Below are positions 52,975-64,000 of a stretch of 64,000 nt of DNA, one piece after another (the first letter of the stretch is position 1; each line of letters opens with the position of its first letter). The translations under genes and the position numbers were made by a program. A model generated the notes under the pieces. It saw only the letters and a list, made by a program, of their open reading frames with translations, had not been told where the DNA came from and ran no database searches. This DNA is from Eledone cirrhosa (taxonomy: Eukaryota), in the NCBI GenBank assembly GCA_964016885.1, contig OZ024740.1, positions 405,542,001 to 405,606,000 of the forward strand, in the 5' to 3' direction.

Positions 52975-53489
52975 TCATTTCTTGGTTACTATTTGTGAAA
53001 TCAGCTCAATTAATTTCTTACTTTTCAATATTTTCAAATGATCTTCATGTGGAATAACATAATGGTGAACAGATTGTTTTTGTTGTTGTGACCATCTAAG
53101 ACAGCCAAGTAAACTTACTAAATTTACCGTACCATCTCCTGGTCCAGTTACTATCTTTGGTGCACTATTAGGATATTTTTCATCATAATGGTAAGATGCA
53201 GGTGTAGGTACATCAATTCCATGTATACAATGAATTTCCACTCCAGGAGGTCGCATGTCTTTCACAAGACCCTCAGTGTCTTTACGCATTTCATAACCAT
53301 TTGTAAAATTCAAATCTTTAAACAACTGCTGGTAATCTTTAACAGTATAATTGCGGTCAGGATGAGAAACAAGTATTTCATCTGATTTCCAGAAAGTATC
53401 GTATGGCATAAGCCAAGCTGTTGAAGATGCAGTTCTCTGGTATTTCCGAATAACATTTTCATCCAGTACAACAATTCCAAGATTATCTC
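52975..53489 (-). CDS. PLA2G15: Group XV phospholipase A2 / LCAT-like lipase, last coding exon
   Basis: Acceptor ttcatAG at 53490-53491; phase-1 G|GA GAT gives GDNLG; PPGVEIHCIHG..VPTP; GDGTVN (catalytic Asp); DHLKIL (His); TGA at 52975-52977. Confidence 0.9.
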
Positions 53490-53577
53490 CTATGAAGCAA
53501 AAGACAATATTTTTATGTGTTATTTGACAAAATGTGTACGAGAAAGAAAAAACAACACTGTAAATTATCATCTTGTA

Positions 53578-54030
53578 ATAATTGTTTCTACTTTTGGCAC
53601 AAGGCCAGCAATTATCCCAGTGTATTACTGGTACTTTATTTAATCGACCCCGTAAGGATGAAAGGCAAAGTTAACCTCGGTGGGATTTGAACTCAGATCA
53701 TAAAGGGGCGTAACTCTATGCTGCAAAGCATGGCGTCCGACACTCTACCGATGCTGCCAATCCACCACCCATTCATCTTGTAATAATTGTTTCTACTTTT
53801 GGCACAAGGCCAGCAATTATCCCAGAGTATTATCTAATTTAGGCACAAGGCCAGCAAATTTGGAGGAAGAGCAAAATTGATTAAATAAATCCCAGTACTT
53901 AACTGGTACTTTATTTAATCAGCCCAGAAAGATGAAAGGCAAAGTTGTTCTCAGTGGGATTTTGAACTTAGAATATAGAGTCGTTCTAATTACTGCAAAG
54001 CATTTTGTCAAATGCTTTACCCATACTGCC
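53578..54030 (-). mobile_element. Stacked intronic SINE A copies
   Basis: Full copy at 53578-53770, partial at 53783-53830, older copy to ~54030. Confidence 0.75.
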
Positions 54031-54421
54031 CTTTTGTAATAATAAAATCAACCCATTATCTTTCTACAAGCAATCCTAGCCTTCAATAATCTATATTTAT
54101 AGCAGAACTAGCTCCTAAACATAAATATGCCTGCCTCACACTTTCTCATGCAAATGTAATAAATTCATCAGAAGAGTCATTTTAAATCATATATAGCAAG
54201 AGAGTATGTACAAATACCCAGCATTGGTAAAAATCCTCCCATTCCCCTGATTTGTCATCTGGTTTAACACTGCCACCTGGCCCTTGAGTCCTTTTTGTGG
54301 AGTCCACTATGTTACAAGCACTCAGGTGATCTCTAAAAAGAGCCATGGAGAGTCCTTCCCTCCTCATTAGACAGTGTACAAATACGAAAGAAAATATTTA
54401 TATATACACACAAATTCTTAC

Positions 54422-54649
54422 CAGAAATCATGAGTCGTAGAGGTTTCACAGCACCACCCCAAACTCCTGAAAGTGTAATCATCATCCGAATATATTTATC
54501 TTTCCATGCTTGGTTCTGATTGTTTAGGAAATACAGCATTGTTGGACAACCCATACTGTGAGCCACTAATATAACTTTGCTTTTATTGTTTGAATTGTAT
54601 GTTTCTTCAACAAGTATTTTAAATCTCTTGTAATATTCTTCAAATTCAT
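54422..54649 (-). CDS. PLA2G15: PLA2G15/LCAT-like exon carrying the nucleophile motif AHSMG
   Basis: 228 bp, acceptor tgtttAG, donor GTAAG, phase 1-1; KVILVAHSMG...WKDKYI...WGGAVK. Confidence 0.92.
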
Positions 54650-55086
54650 CTAAACAGAAAAACATTTCATTTTAGACAAGGATATGTGTAGAGTTTAATG
54701 TTCATTGAGCTTTTTTTATTGAGAAACATAATATATATTTTATATGTATAGATTAAACCTAATTATATATATATATCATCATCCAAACCAGTTCTACCCA
54801 TTATTATACAGCCTAACATAAATGAGACACTTCCATACGAGCGAGACACGGTCTCCCGACCATTCCCGCATCAAATGGAACAAAACTGTCTAATCCATGC
54901 TAGCGTGGAAGATGGACATTAAACGATGATGATATATATAAATAAGGTAAGAAGCAAAGAAAATATCAGTGATACAAAAAGATTTCCTGGTGGAAGTTCA
55001 GGTAAACTCTGGGTGTATATCCAGTTTCAGAGTGAAAATCCAACAAATTCACCTCACCTGTCCCTTCAAACTTTCTAATTTCTCAT

Positions 55087-55122
55087 TCTTCTGATGAAGG
55101 ACTAGCATCCGAAACATTAAGA
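55087..55122 (+). ncRNA. Minimal HHR-like motif (intronic, antisense to the gene)
   Basis: TCTT-CTGATGA-A GGA ctagca TCC-GAAAC ATT-AAGA. A related minus copy at ~18069-18089 keeps the palindromic GAAACGTT but lacks stem II. Confidence 0.5.
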
Positions 55123-56506
55123 CCCTCTTCCTATTATTTCAAGAGTTAACCTAATATATTCCTTCCATATACTGTACTGATTGTGTTGTTATTTTTGTTT
55201 GCCTTTTACACACACACATATATACATATATATTGAAAATTAACCTAGAGTTAGCTTTAACACATATTTTGACTATGAAAAATAGTCCAACGTATTTGCA
55301 TAAAAGCCCCCGGATGGAAAAATGTTGACAGCGTCCTCTGGGGACTCAAATTCACATCTGATGTATGCCAGACAGCCAAGCTACCAATTGCTCCAAACCA
55401 AGCCTAACGAAATTTTCAATTATTTTGGTGTCTTATCAATCGACCAGAATGTAAATAATGATCTACTTTTAAAGATGTTGAGCAGATATGTATTCTTTTT
55501 ACCATGAAAAATAGTCTCATAAATTGGGCATAAAAGCCCAATGGAATGAAAAATGTTCCTTTGACGCATTGATATCCTTTCCATGCCTGCTTTAGTTAAG
55601 TTAAGCCAATCGTGATCCGCGCACGGATATGTATTTTCAACTTCCACCCAAACGGAGAATTTCTCGCTTCTTTTAATAAATTCGATCTCTTGCAACTTGA
55701 CCTTGCTAAGGTAAACACCAATTTTTCTTTTGTCCCGCAACCTAGCCATTATGTAACAACAATTTAACCATGACCTGGTTTCTCACTTCAGCCAGTAGAC
55801 CATGTCTTCTCTTGCAATCTTAATTGGTTTATTTAATCTGTTTTGGCATGCCAGCTTAATCCAGCTCTTAACCCTTGTTAATAAATTATGTAAAAACATG
55901 CTAAAGTCTTGTGATGCTATTTACCACAGCCATTGTCTATAAATGTGATACGGAATGGAATGATTCTTTGCAGAGTTATATTCACAGCAGAACAACAGAA
56001 CCTGAGACTTACAGCAAAGTGCAAATTCAACTTACATTTATTGATATAACAAACCATACCTTTCCAATTACAAACAAACAAATACATTATTGCTACATAT
56101 TCTGGTTACTATAACTTGCTGCTATATTGGTGACTTCTACAGATACAAAAGATACAATACAAATACTAAATATTATCATTGTCGTTAATATCATTTTAAA
56201 TACTTCTAAACACACACCATTTAACAGTGTGTACTGGATTCCTTTATATGTCCTCAATAAGACTAAAGTGTCCATTGTTTTTGTTTGATTGCCATATGCA
56301 TGATAAAAACATTAAATAAAGGTTAATAGCAAATGGATTGAAAATAATAGTTTGGTGTATAAAGCATTCACAAATGTATATAGTAGATCCCTATAGTATG
56401 AGTGGCCCAAGAGAAAGATAATAAACTACTATAATGTAGTTTTTCTTGAAATGTTGTAATAGTATAACTTTCTCCAAATCAATATGAGAAAGACAAGTAC
56501 ACTTAC

Positions 56507-56605
56507 TTGGTGAACGTCTGAAATCATATGGTGCTCCTCGGATGGAAGTATTTCTAGATAATCCTAGTTTCACAAGTTGATCAACAATATAGTAGTAGTA
56601 AGTGG
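56507..56605 (-). CDS. PLA2G15: PLA2G15/LCAT-like exon
   Basis: 99 bp, acceptor ttgcAG, donor GTAAGT, phase 1-1; TYYYYIVDQLVKLGLSRNTSIRGAPYDFRRSP. Confidence 0.92.
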
Positions 56606-58255
56606 CTGCAAAATAAACAAATGATTTTCAATTTTATTGCAGATTCTGTACAAAACAAATGAATGGTTTGACTTGATTTAGAATTTTTTCTTGTAGTTAG
56701 CCATATTGATACCAAACTGCTTGAAACCACCCTTGGTGCCACAATACAAAACTCTTTAAAAATTTGAAAATGTGAAAGTCCTAAATGCAAAAAATAACTA
56801 ATAACAGTTGATAACTATAGATAACAGGTGAGGAAAATAGGTAAATTACCCTTAGTGATGGAAAATAGTGGACAGAGGCTCCTACAAGGAATCAGAACCT
56901 ATATTCCTCAAATTACATGCAAGCGTGTTACCATTTTACTATGAAGCAGCTGATACTTATTCCCATCTTTTTTAGGATGCTATGCTGTACAGCTTCAGGC
57001 TTGAGCATAGTCAAATGTAAGCAAACCTTATGAATTATCGAAGCACTGGGAATGTTTAAAATTTGAAACTTGTGAAATGGGAGTCTAAAACACTAAATGT
57101 AACTGTTATGACAGTCGACCAGAATAGATATCAGAGATGGCAAAAAACGACAGCGACACCTAACACGTTGCTCTCACATAACCCACCTGAATGTTGTGGT
57201 GGTATGTCTGTTTGACCCAGATGATCATCGGGTTAGTCATTCTATTTTTTTTAGGAGACTTTTAGAAGCTAGAACACTAAGTTTGTGGAGCAGTGTTTTT
57301 TCTATGAACATTTTACCATGGAGATCAAATTTTTTTTTAATGAAATGAAATAAAAAAGTAGATGTGCCCATACCACTAGAAAATACCCCAAAAATTAAAT
57401 TTACCTATATTCCTAACGAATATTGAAGCACTAAAAGCAAAGAACAAGATTACCTTCACATTCAGCACAATATGTATTCACTTTTGGGGAGTTTATTTTT
57501 ATCTGCTTCTTTTGCACTCAATATTTTTTCTCATTTTGCTGTAAGAACCTACATAACTTTTATAAACTATTCTGTTCAATTTGTCCCTTTCACTGTAACT
57601 TCTTAAGTTAGAGTTAGAAACATAAGTTAACAAAGGTTCTCACATAAAATTATAATGGAAGGATTTTAGATAAATATAAACATCATACAATAGTACATAG
57701 ACTGTGGGACAGTTTGGTATCATCACCATTATCATCATTGTTTAACTTCTGCTTTCTCTGCTAGTAATGGTTGGATGGGTTGTCAGCAGGACAGGCTGGT
57801 ACTGAAAACAGAGGTACAGACCCCACAGGGGACTGGGAACCTGCATTTCACTTACATATGTTTCTGAACCCTACCAAGAACTCAAACAGACCGGCAGCCT
57901 GCAACTTACTTACATACGATCCCATGCACTATCAAGTGCACTAGGAAGGCTGTCATGTCTTAGAAACAGCTGAGGAGGCCTCCCAACCCTTTGTTTGGCA
58001 GGTTTTCTATGGTTTGATGCCTTTCCTATCACTAACCACTTTACAAAGTCTACTAAAGGGCTAAATATGTGAAGATGTTCAAGAAAGATTTTCAAATCTA
58101 TGGGTGGGTTTATTATTACGGGGGGCTCAGAGTCAAAACAATTGGTAATCTGGATTGGTTGGAACCTATTTTTATTTGAAATGGGGATGAAAGATACATA
58201 GAAGTTGCCTCATTGGCACTACACAAAATAAATCAAGTAGACAAAGAATACTCAC

Positions 58256-58374
58256 TAAATTTTTCTTTGCCGGGGTCCAAATACTCTATTGTTTCAGTTA
58301 TACCAAAGCCAGGAACTCTTATGTTAACACCAGGTGAATCTAATGTTCTCCGAGTTTTGGGATCATATGTTAAC
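58256..58374 (-). CDS. PLA2G15: PLA2G15/LCAT-like exon (most 5' exon found in the window)
   Basis: 119 bp, acceptor cttAG, donor GTGAGT; (R)LTYDPKTRRTLDSPGVNIRVPGFGITETIEYLDP. Upstream exons were not seen in the window. Confidence 0.9.
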
Positions 58375-58719
58375 CTAAGTGTTAGAAGAATGAGATTAGT
58401 AAAAACTATAGGAAAGAAAATACAAATTTGAATACCCAATTGTTTTATTCATTTCAAATTATCAAAATATATTTACTGTGTCACTGACTAGTTAGCAGAC
58501 AGTGAAAAGTTTAAAACCAAGAAATAAATGATATATATAAAGTAGAGTTAACAGGTTTTCTTAAGTTATGCTACAAATACCATCTTAATAATGAAATCAT
58601 CATCATTATCATTAATGGCAAGGGTTGGACATGTCAGCTGACCAAGTCAGTACTCAAACAGATCTATTGACTCCTCAGATAAGCCAGGGGTCAGCATGTT
58701 GCTTTCTGATATTTCCACA

Positions 58720-59110
58720 CTCTACCGAGTGCTCATACAGGCAAGTGGCAAACTACCCACTTACTTATGATCGACTACTTCCTTTTTATACTGGTCGCCA
58801 TCAAGACCTCTGGTGTTCTTTGTCCACACATTGCTGATTTCCTCCACAAAATTGGAAAGTCGGCAGCCCATCTGAGGAAGGAGCCCCGTGAGGTGGGGGT
58901 CGTTGTTGCAGTGGGTGCCACTGACCATTCTCCTTGGCAATGTCTTCGCCATTTTCTCTGCGAGGCACAGCCAAATCACTTCTCAGACTGGGGTGCAGAG
59001 TTTGTCCCTCCCTCTCCCTTTCTTTCATTGCTTAATACTCTTTTTACTTCTTTCCCTCTTTTTTTTTTTGTTTCATTTAAATAGTATTTGCTTACAAACA
59101 TTTTTTATGT
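58720..59110 (+). mobile_element. Degraded CRE-like 3' fragment
   Basis: VAIKTSGVLCP...IG..AAHL.KEPRE and LLQWVPLTILLGNVFAI resemble ORF 162-587. Confidence 0.65.
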
Positions 59111-59774
59111 AGAATAAATTCTGGTAAGTGATTGGTGTTAGGAATGACATCCAGCCATATAAATAATGCCAAATATATGGAACATATGAGCAAAGCATGA
59201 CATCTGCAACATCTTGTCTTGGACTATAACAGCCATCCAACCCATTCCAGTATTAAAAGCAGACATAAAATGATGACGATGAGTTACAATCACTGGTTTC
59301 CTGCTCAATAGTTATTTAGTCACAACTGCTACAATAAACATAGTTTTGATTTTTATATTCTGTCCATCAATCCTCCAAGCTGGAAACTGGGTTATAAACA
59401 CATAAATACCAAGTCTAACTAACCCAAACAACGTTGCTTTTAAAAATCATATATAATATAGTTATATTCAAAGACCGGAACTGTATTTTAAGGTTTTAAG
59501 TAGGTTCCTTCTCAGTCTGTAATTCAATATTTATAGTATCAAGATGTTTTCATGGATGGAAATCAAGAGTTTCAAATCTAAAATAAAAATATGAAATCAA
59601 GCCAAATTAAAGCTCAAAACTTTTTTTTTTAATTTACTGAATTTTTTTTTTCTTTTATGGCGATCAATTGACTGAATTAACAGAGGGGAAAATATAATGT
59701 GTTGCAATATTTGTTCTGGATTTCTACATACTGAGTTCATATCTAAATGAGGTCTACTTTACCATTCATCTGGC

Positions 59775-60082
59775 GTCACACAGTAATACAGAAGACCCGA
59801 CTTCCCACGAGTACAAGCCAAAGCTGAAGCATGTAGACAATATGCCCCCAACCCCTCCCACTGCTAAGTGGTCGTGGAGGTGCCACGGAAAAAAAGCACC
59901 CAGCCCACACTGTAAATGAGGTTGGTGTTAGGAGGGGCATCCAGCTGTAGAAATCGAGCCAGAATCAGTTCCCATATGAGCACGACAAGGTCAGCCAACT
60001 GGACACTGCCCACAACAGGACAACCCGTCTAACCCATGCTAGCGTGGAAGAACGGACGTAAAACGGTGATGATGATGATGAT
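59775..60082 (+). mobile_element. RTE 3' UTR with (GAT)n tail
   Basis: Similar to 39260-39564 and 44340-44690. Confidence 0.85.
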
Positions 60083-60494
60083 ATATATATATATACACAA
60101 ATTAATAATTAATGTAGTTTAATAAAGTTCCTGGTGTCATCTAAATCAGGTTAATTGATGCTGATAGACAAATATTGCAATCCATTAATCATTTTGGACG
60201 TAAACCGTTGATGATGATGATGATGACATATACTTGAGTATTTTGTAATAAAACTTGATAGCATAATTGTTCAACAGTATGTAATCATTTGTAATTTATA
60301 CTCATTCATTACCATATTTTAATGAAATACACTAATTAGCTGTTTCGATTAATTTTCAAAATAAGCAAAAATTTAGATGAATTCAATAAAATAACTGTAA
60401 CAAATAATATTTAAATGAAACAAACAAACAAAAAGGGGAAGAAGAAAAATAAAAAAGACAAGAAATAAAAGAAAGGGAGAGGGAGGGACAGATT

Positions 60495-61531
60495 CACTAC
60501 CACAGACTGAGCAGTGGGGTAAACTACCAGAGCACCCATCACTACCCCAGACTGAGCAGTGGGGTAAACTACCAGAGCACCCATCACTACCCCAGACTGA
60601 GCAGTGGGGTAAACTACCAGAGCACCCATCACTACCCCAGACTGAGCAGTGGGGTAAACTACCAGAGCACCCATCACTACCCCAGACTGAGCAGTGGGGT
60701 AAACTACCAGCGCACCCATCACTACCCCAGACTGAGCAGTGGGGTAAACTACCAGCGCACCCATCACTACCCCAGACTGAGCAGTGGGGTAAACTACCAG
60801 CGCACCCATCACTACCACAGACTGAGCAGTGGGGTAAACTACCAGAGCACCCATCACTACCACAGACTGAGCAGTGGGGTAAACTACCAGAGCACCCATC
60901 ACTACCACAGACTGAGCAGTGGGGTAAACTACCAGCGCACCCATCACTACCACAGACTGAGCAGTGGGGTAAACTACCAGCGCACCCATCACTACCCCAG
61001 ACTGAGCAGTGGGGTAAACTACCAGAGCACCCATCACTACCACAGACTGAGCAGTGGGGGTAAACTACCAGAGCACCCATCACTACCACAGACTGAGCAG
61101 TGGGGTAAACTACCAGCGCACCCATCACTACCACAGACTGAGCAGTGGGGTAAACTACCAGCGCACCCATCACTACCACAGACTGAGCAGTGGGGTAAAC
61201 TACCAGCGCACCCATCACTACCACAGACTGAGCAGTGGGGTAAACTACCAGCGCACCCATCACTACCATAGACTGAGCAGTGGGGTAAACTACCAGAGCA
61301 CCCATCACTACCACAGACTGAGCAGTGGGGTAAACTACCAGCGCACCCATCACTACCACAGACTGAGCAGTGGGGTAAACTACCAGCGCACCCATCACTA
61401 CCACAGACTGAGCAGTGGGGTAAACTACCAGAGCACCCATCACTACCCCAGACTGAGCAGTGGGGTAAACTACCAGAGCACCCATCACTACCCCAGACTG
61501 AGCAGTGGGGTAAACTACCAGAGCACCCATC
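60495..61531. repeat. 45-bp minisatellite, about 23 near-identical units
   Basis: Unit cactacc(a/c)cagactgagcagtggggtaaactaccag(a/c)gcacccat. Confidence 0.97.
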
Positions 61532-62784
61532 AATATGCACCATGAAGAATTTTTTCTGCCTTTCAAACCCTCGTGTAATATATTTCAGAAATATGAAGCC
61601 TTGTTTCCCAATCACAATATGTTTGTATAGTCAATAACTCAATGTTCAAGAATTTTGGGGTTTAAAAGATTTCCAAATTGTTGCACATTGATTTTGGAGG
61701 CTCAGAACTACCCGCAAAAGTGGGAATTTCCATTTTGAGCCATTTTCAGGAGATGCAAAAAGATTCTTACATCAGTTTAAAATATTTTGTCTATTTTTCT
61801 CAACTCACCTCCAAGTGCACTTTCAGAATATGTAGTTTTATATGGTTTCAACTTTGTGACAAGCAGTTATCATGGTTCAAACATCTTTTTAAAATATGCA
61901 TTTTTGCACTTTTTCTGCTTTTAACCACCTTGATACACTGAAATTCAGGCCTTTGGATAACTGAATTCAAGTGTTCTGTCAAGTTTCCAAGTGATACTGC
62001 ATTATTAGGAAGATAGCATGTTCAACAATTGTTGCTATTCAGTAACAGTCACCTAAATTTTGAGGTTTTTCAAAAATAACCACCAAGATCTGGATTTTTC
62101 AAATTTTCAGTTAACATTTTCTTTAAAAAGGCCAGCTTAAAGTAATTAGTGTTTAGTGTGGGGTGACTTTAGATAGTGGAGATTAAGGAAATCAAGTTCC
62201 AAAGGTATGTGATAAAAGCTACTTGGAGTACTAGGCCTTTAAAAATTAAATAAATTCAATATTTTCAAAATTTTGGAAATTGTCCAAATATTTAAATCCT
62301 CATAGAATCTGATTGGTAAGCGATATGGAGGAAATATTTTCAGGGATTATTTCTTTCGTAGATAACAATAAATTGTGAAAATTTGAAGAAAATCTGAAGA
62401 CCTCCGGGACAGAACCCCGTTGAATTTCACTGGAATGGCCCAGTAGGGAACTAGCCTGCACTAAGTCAGCATGATAGCAGATGCAGGCTGAACTCGTCAA
62501 CAGCCTCACATTTAAAAATGATAGGCAATGTCTTTCATTCAAAATATGGTAACAAAAGGATTAATTCAGAACTACTAGCAGGTCAAGTGACCAAGCAGAT
62601 ACTTCTCAGTTATGAGTTCCATCTCAGAGCTGAATCAGCAGACCTATCATCAAAAGCATTCTGTTCATAAACATCCCATCTTTTTGTATATTAGGGACTA
62701 TTACATTGTCCTATATGATGTTCTATCTTTTAAGATAGTATAAGCGGGATTTGAGGGCAATTTAATTTATTTTCCTTGAGGCCA

Positions 62785-63190
62785 AGCCACCACAGAGGGG
62801 ACACCTGTTTGGCTCAAGACAAGGAGGTCAAGCAACCAGACAGAGGGCACCTGTTTGGCTCAAGACAAAGAGGTCAAGCAACCAGACAGAGGGCACCTGT
62901 TTGGCTCAAGACAAGGAGGTCAAGCAACCAGACAGAGGACATCTGTTTGGCTCAAGACAAGGAGGTCAAGCAACCAGACAGAGGGCACCTGTTTGGCTCA
63001 AGACAAGGAGGTCAAGCACCAGACAGAGGACATCTGTTTGGCTCAAGACAAGCAGGTCAAGCAACCAGACAGAGGACACCTGTTTGGCTCAAGACAAGGA
63101 GGTCAAGCAACCAGACAGAGGACGCCTGTTTGGCTCAAGACAAGGAAGTCAAGCAATCAGACAGAGGACACATGTTTGGCTCAAGACAAG
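62785..63190. repeat. 46-bp minisatellite, about 8-9 units
   Basis: Unit cacctgtttggctcaagacaaggaggtcaagcaaccagacagaggg. Confidence 0.95.
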
Positions 63191-63599
63191 TATATTGTTG
63201 AGATAGTTAAAGAACCAGATTACCCATGTAATCACATTCTACTGTATTGAGGCAAAATACTTAATACTAACATTCCCATATCTAGCCACAGAATAAATAC
63301 TTAAGACAAATTAATGTTCAATTAATAAGCTTAGTGGATTGGCAGAGCATCGAATAAAATGCTTAATGGTATTTTGTTTTGTTCTCTTACATTCTGAGAT
63401 CAAACCCTGGTGGAATTCAAAAATTAATTCCATGTAAAAATATTCAACTGAAATTTTAAAAAGAAAAAAATGGCCATAGAGGAGGAAGAAACTGAAATTA
63501 ATTCATAAAGTAAAATTAGCCTGTCTCCCCTCCATCACCATGGCAGTATTAAGACAATCCTGCTCTGCTCCAATATAAACAACAGCCATTTTGTATTTG

Positions 63600-63778
63600 C
63601 TTAGCGGCATAGAGCTACGTCCCTTTACGGTCTGAGTTCAAATCCCGCTGAGGTTAACTTTGCCTTTCATCCTTATGGGGTCGATAAAATAAAGCACCAG
63701 TAACGTACTGGGGTTGATTTAATCGACTTTCTCCTCCCCCAAATTACTGGCCTTGTGCCTATACTAGAAATCATTATG
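63600..63778 (+). mobile_element. tRNA-SINE family A copy
   Basis: ctacgtccctttacggtctgagttcaaatcccg...ggccttgtgcc. Confidence 0.75.
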
Positions 63779-64000
63779 AATTTGCTCAGTTATTGCAGTC
63801 AATACTAATATCATTTGGAGACAGGCAGCTAGTCAATTCAAGGAAACAAAATAACAGGAAGGACATCAAAGTTTTTACTGTAAAAAATTAAGTAAATCTA
63901 TTTTGTGAAAAAGGATTGGTTTTAAAAGATTACCCCAGAGTAACAGGCAATAATTTTTGTTTACTAGGTCAATGTCAGATTTAAAATTTTCAGAGAAAAT

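Noticed and set aside
60373-61615. Long repetitive ORFs of 397, 210, 192 and 163 aa
   Set aside because: They result from a stop-free 45-bp unit (a multiple of 3) and are open in several frames on both strands; no coding evidence.
62776-63250. Repetitive ORFs and possible CRISPR
   Set aside because: Head-to-tail 46-bp tandem repeat with no spacers.

Overview
This is AT-rich, repeat-dominated animal genomic DNA, not prokaryotic. The tRNA-SINE family, RTE LINEs with (GAT)n tails and dense (TA)n microsatellites suggest a cephalopod/octopus-like genome (inference). The only host gene I can support is the 3' part of a minus-strand PLA2G15/LCAT-family lipase: 4 coding exons at 52975-58374 with consistent GT-AG sites and phases. 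The rest is mobile DNA: many RTE LINE fragments, a CR1-type LINE, CRE-like (RLE) non-LTR fragments, a DD37D-type Tc1/mariner, tRNA-SINEs, three minisatellites, and Penelope-like elements (PLEs), including one uninterrupted 1130-aa RT+GIY-YIG ORF with a long poly-Asn insert. The strongest non-obvious signal, found by eye, is a dense set of type I hammerhead ribozyme (HHR) motifs from several unrelated families. The best-folding copies are at 5901, 7527, 21007, 25147 and 47911; there are about ten further degenerate or half copies. Many lie in palindromic, ORF-less modules embedded in (TA)n. Repeat boundaries are approximate, and no folding or database searches were run.
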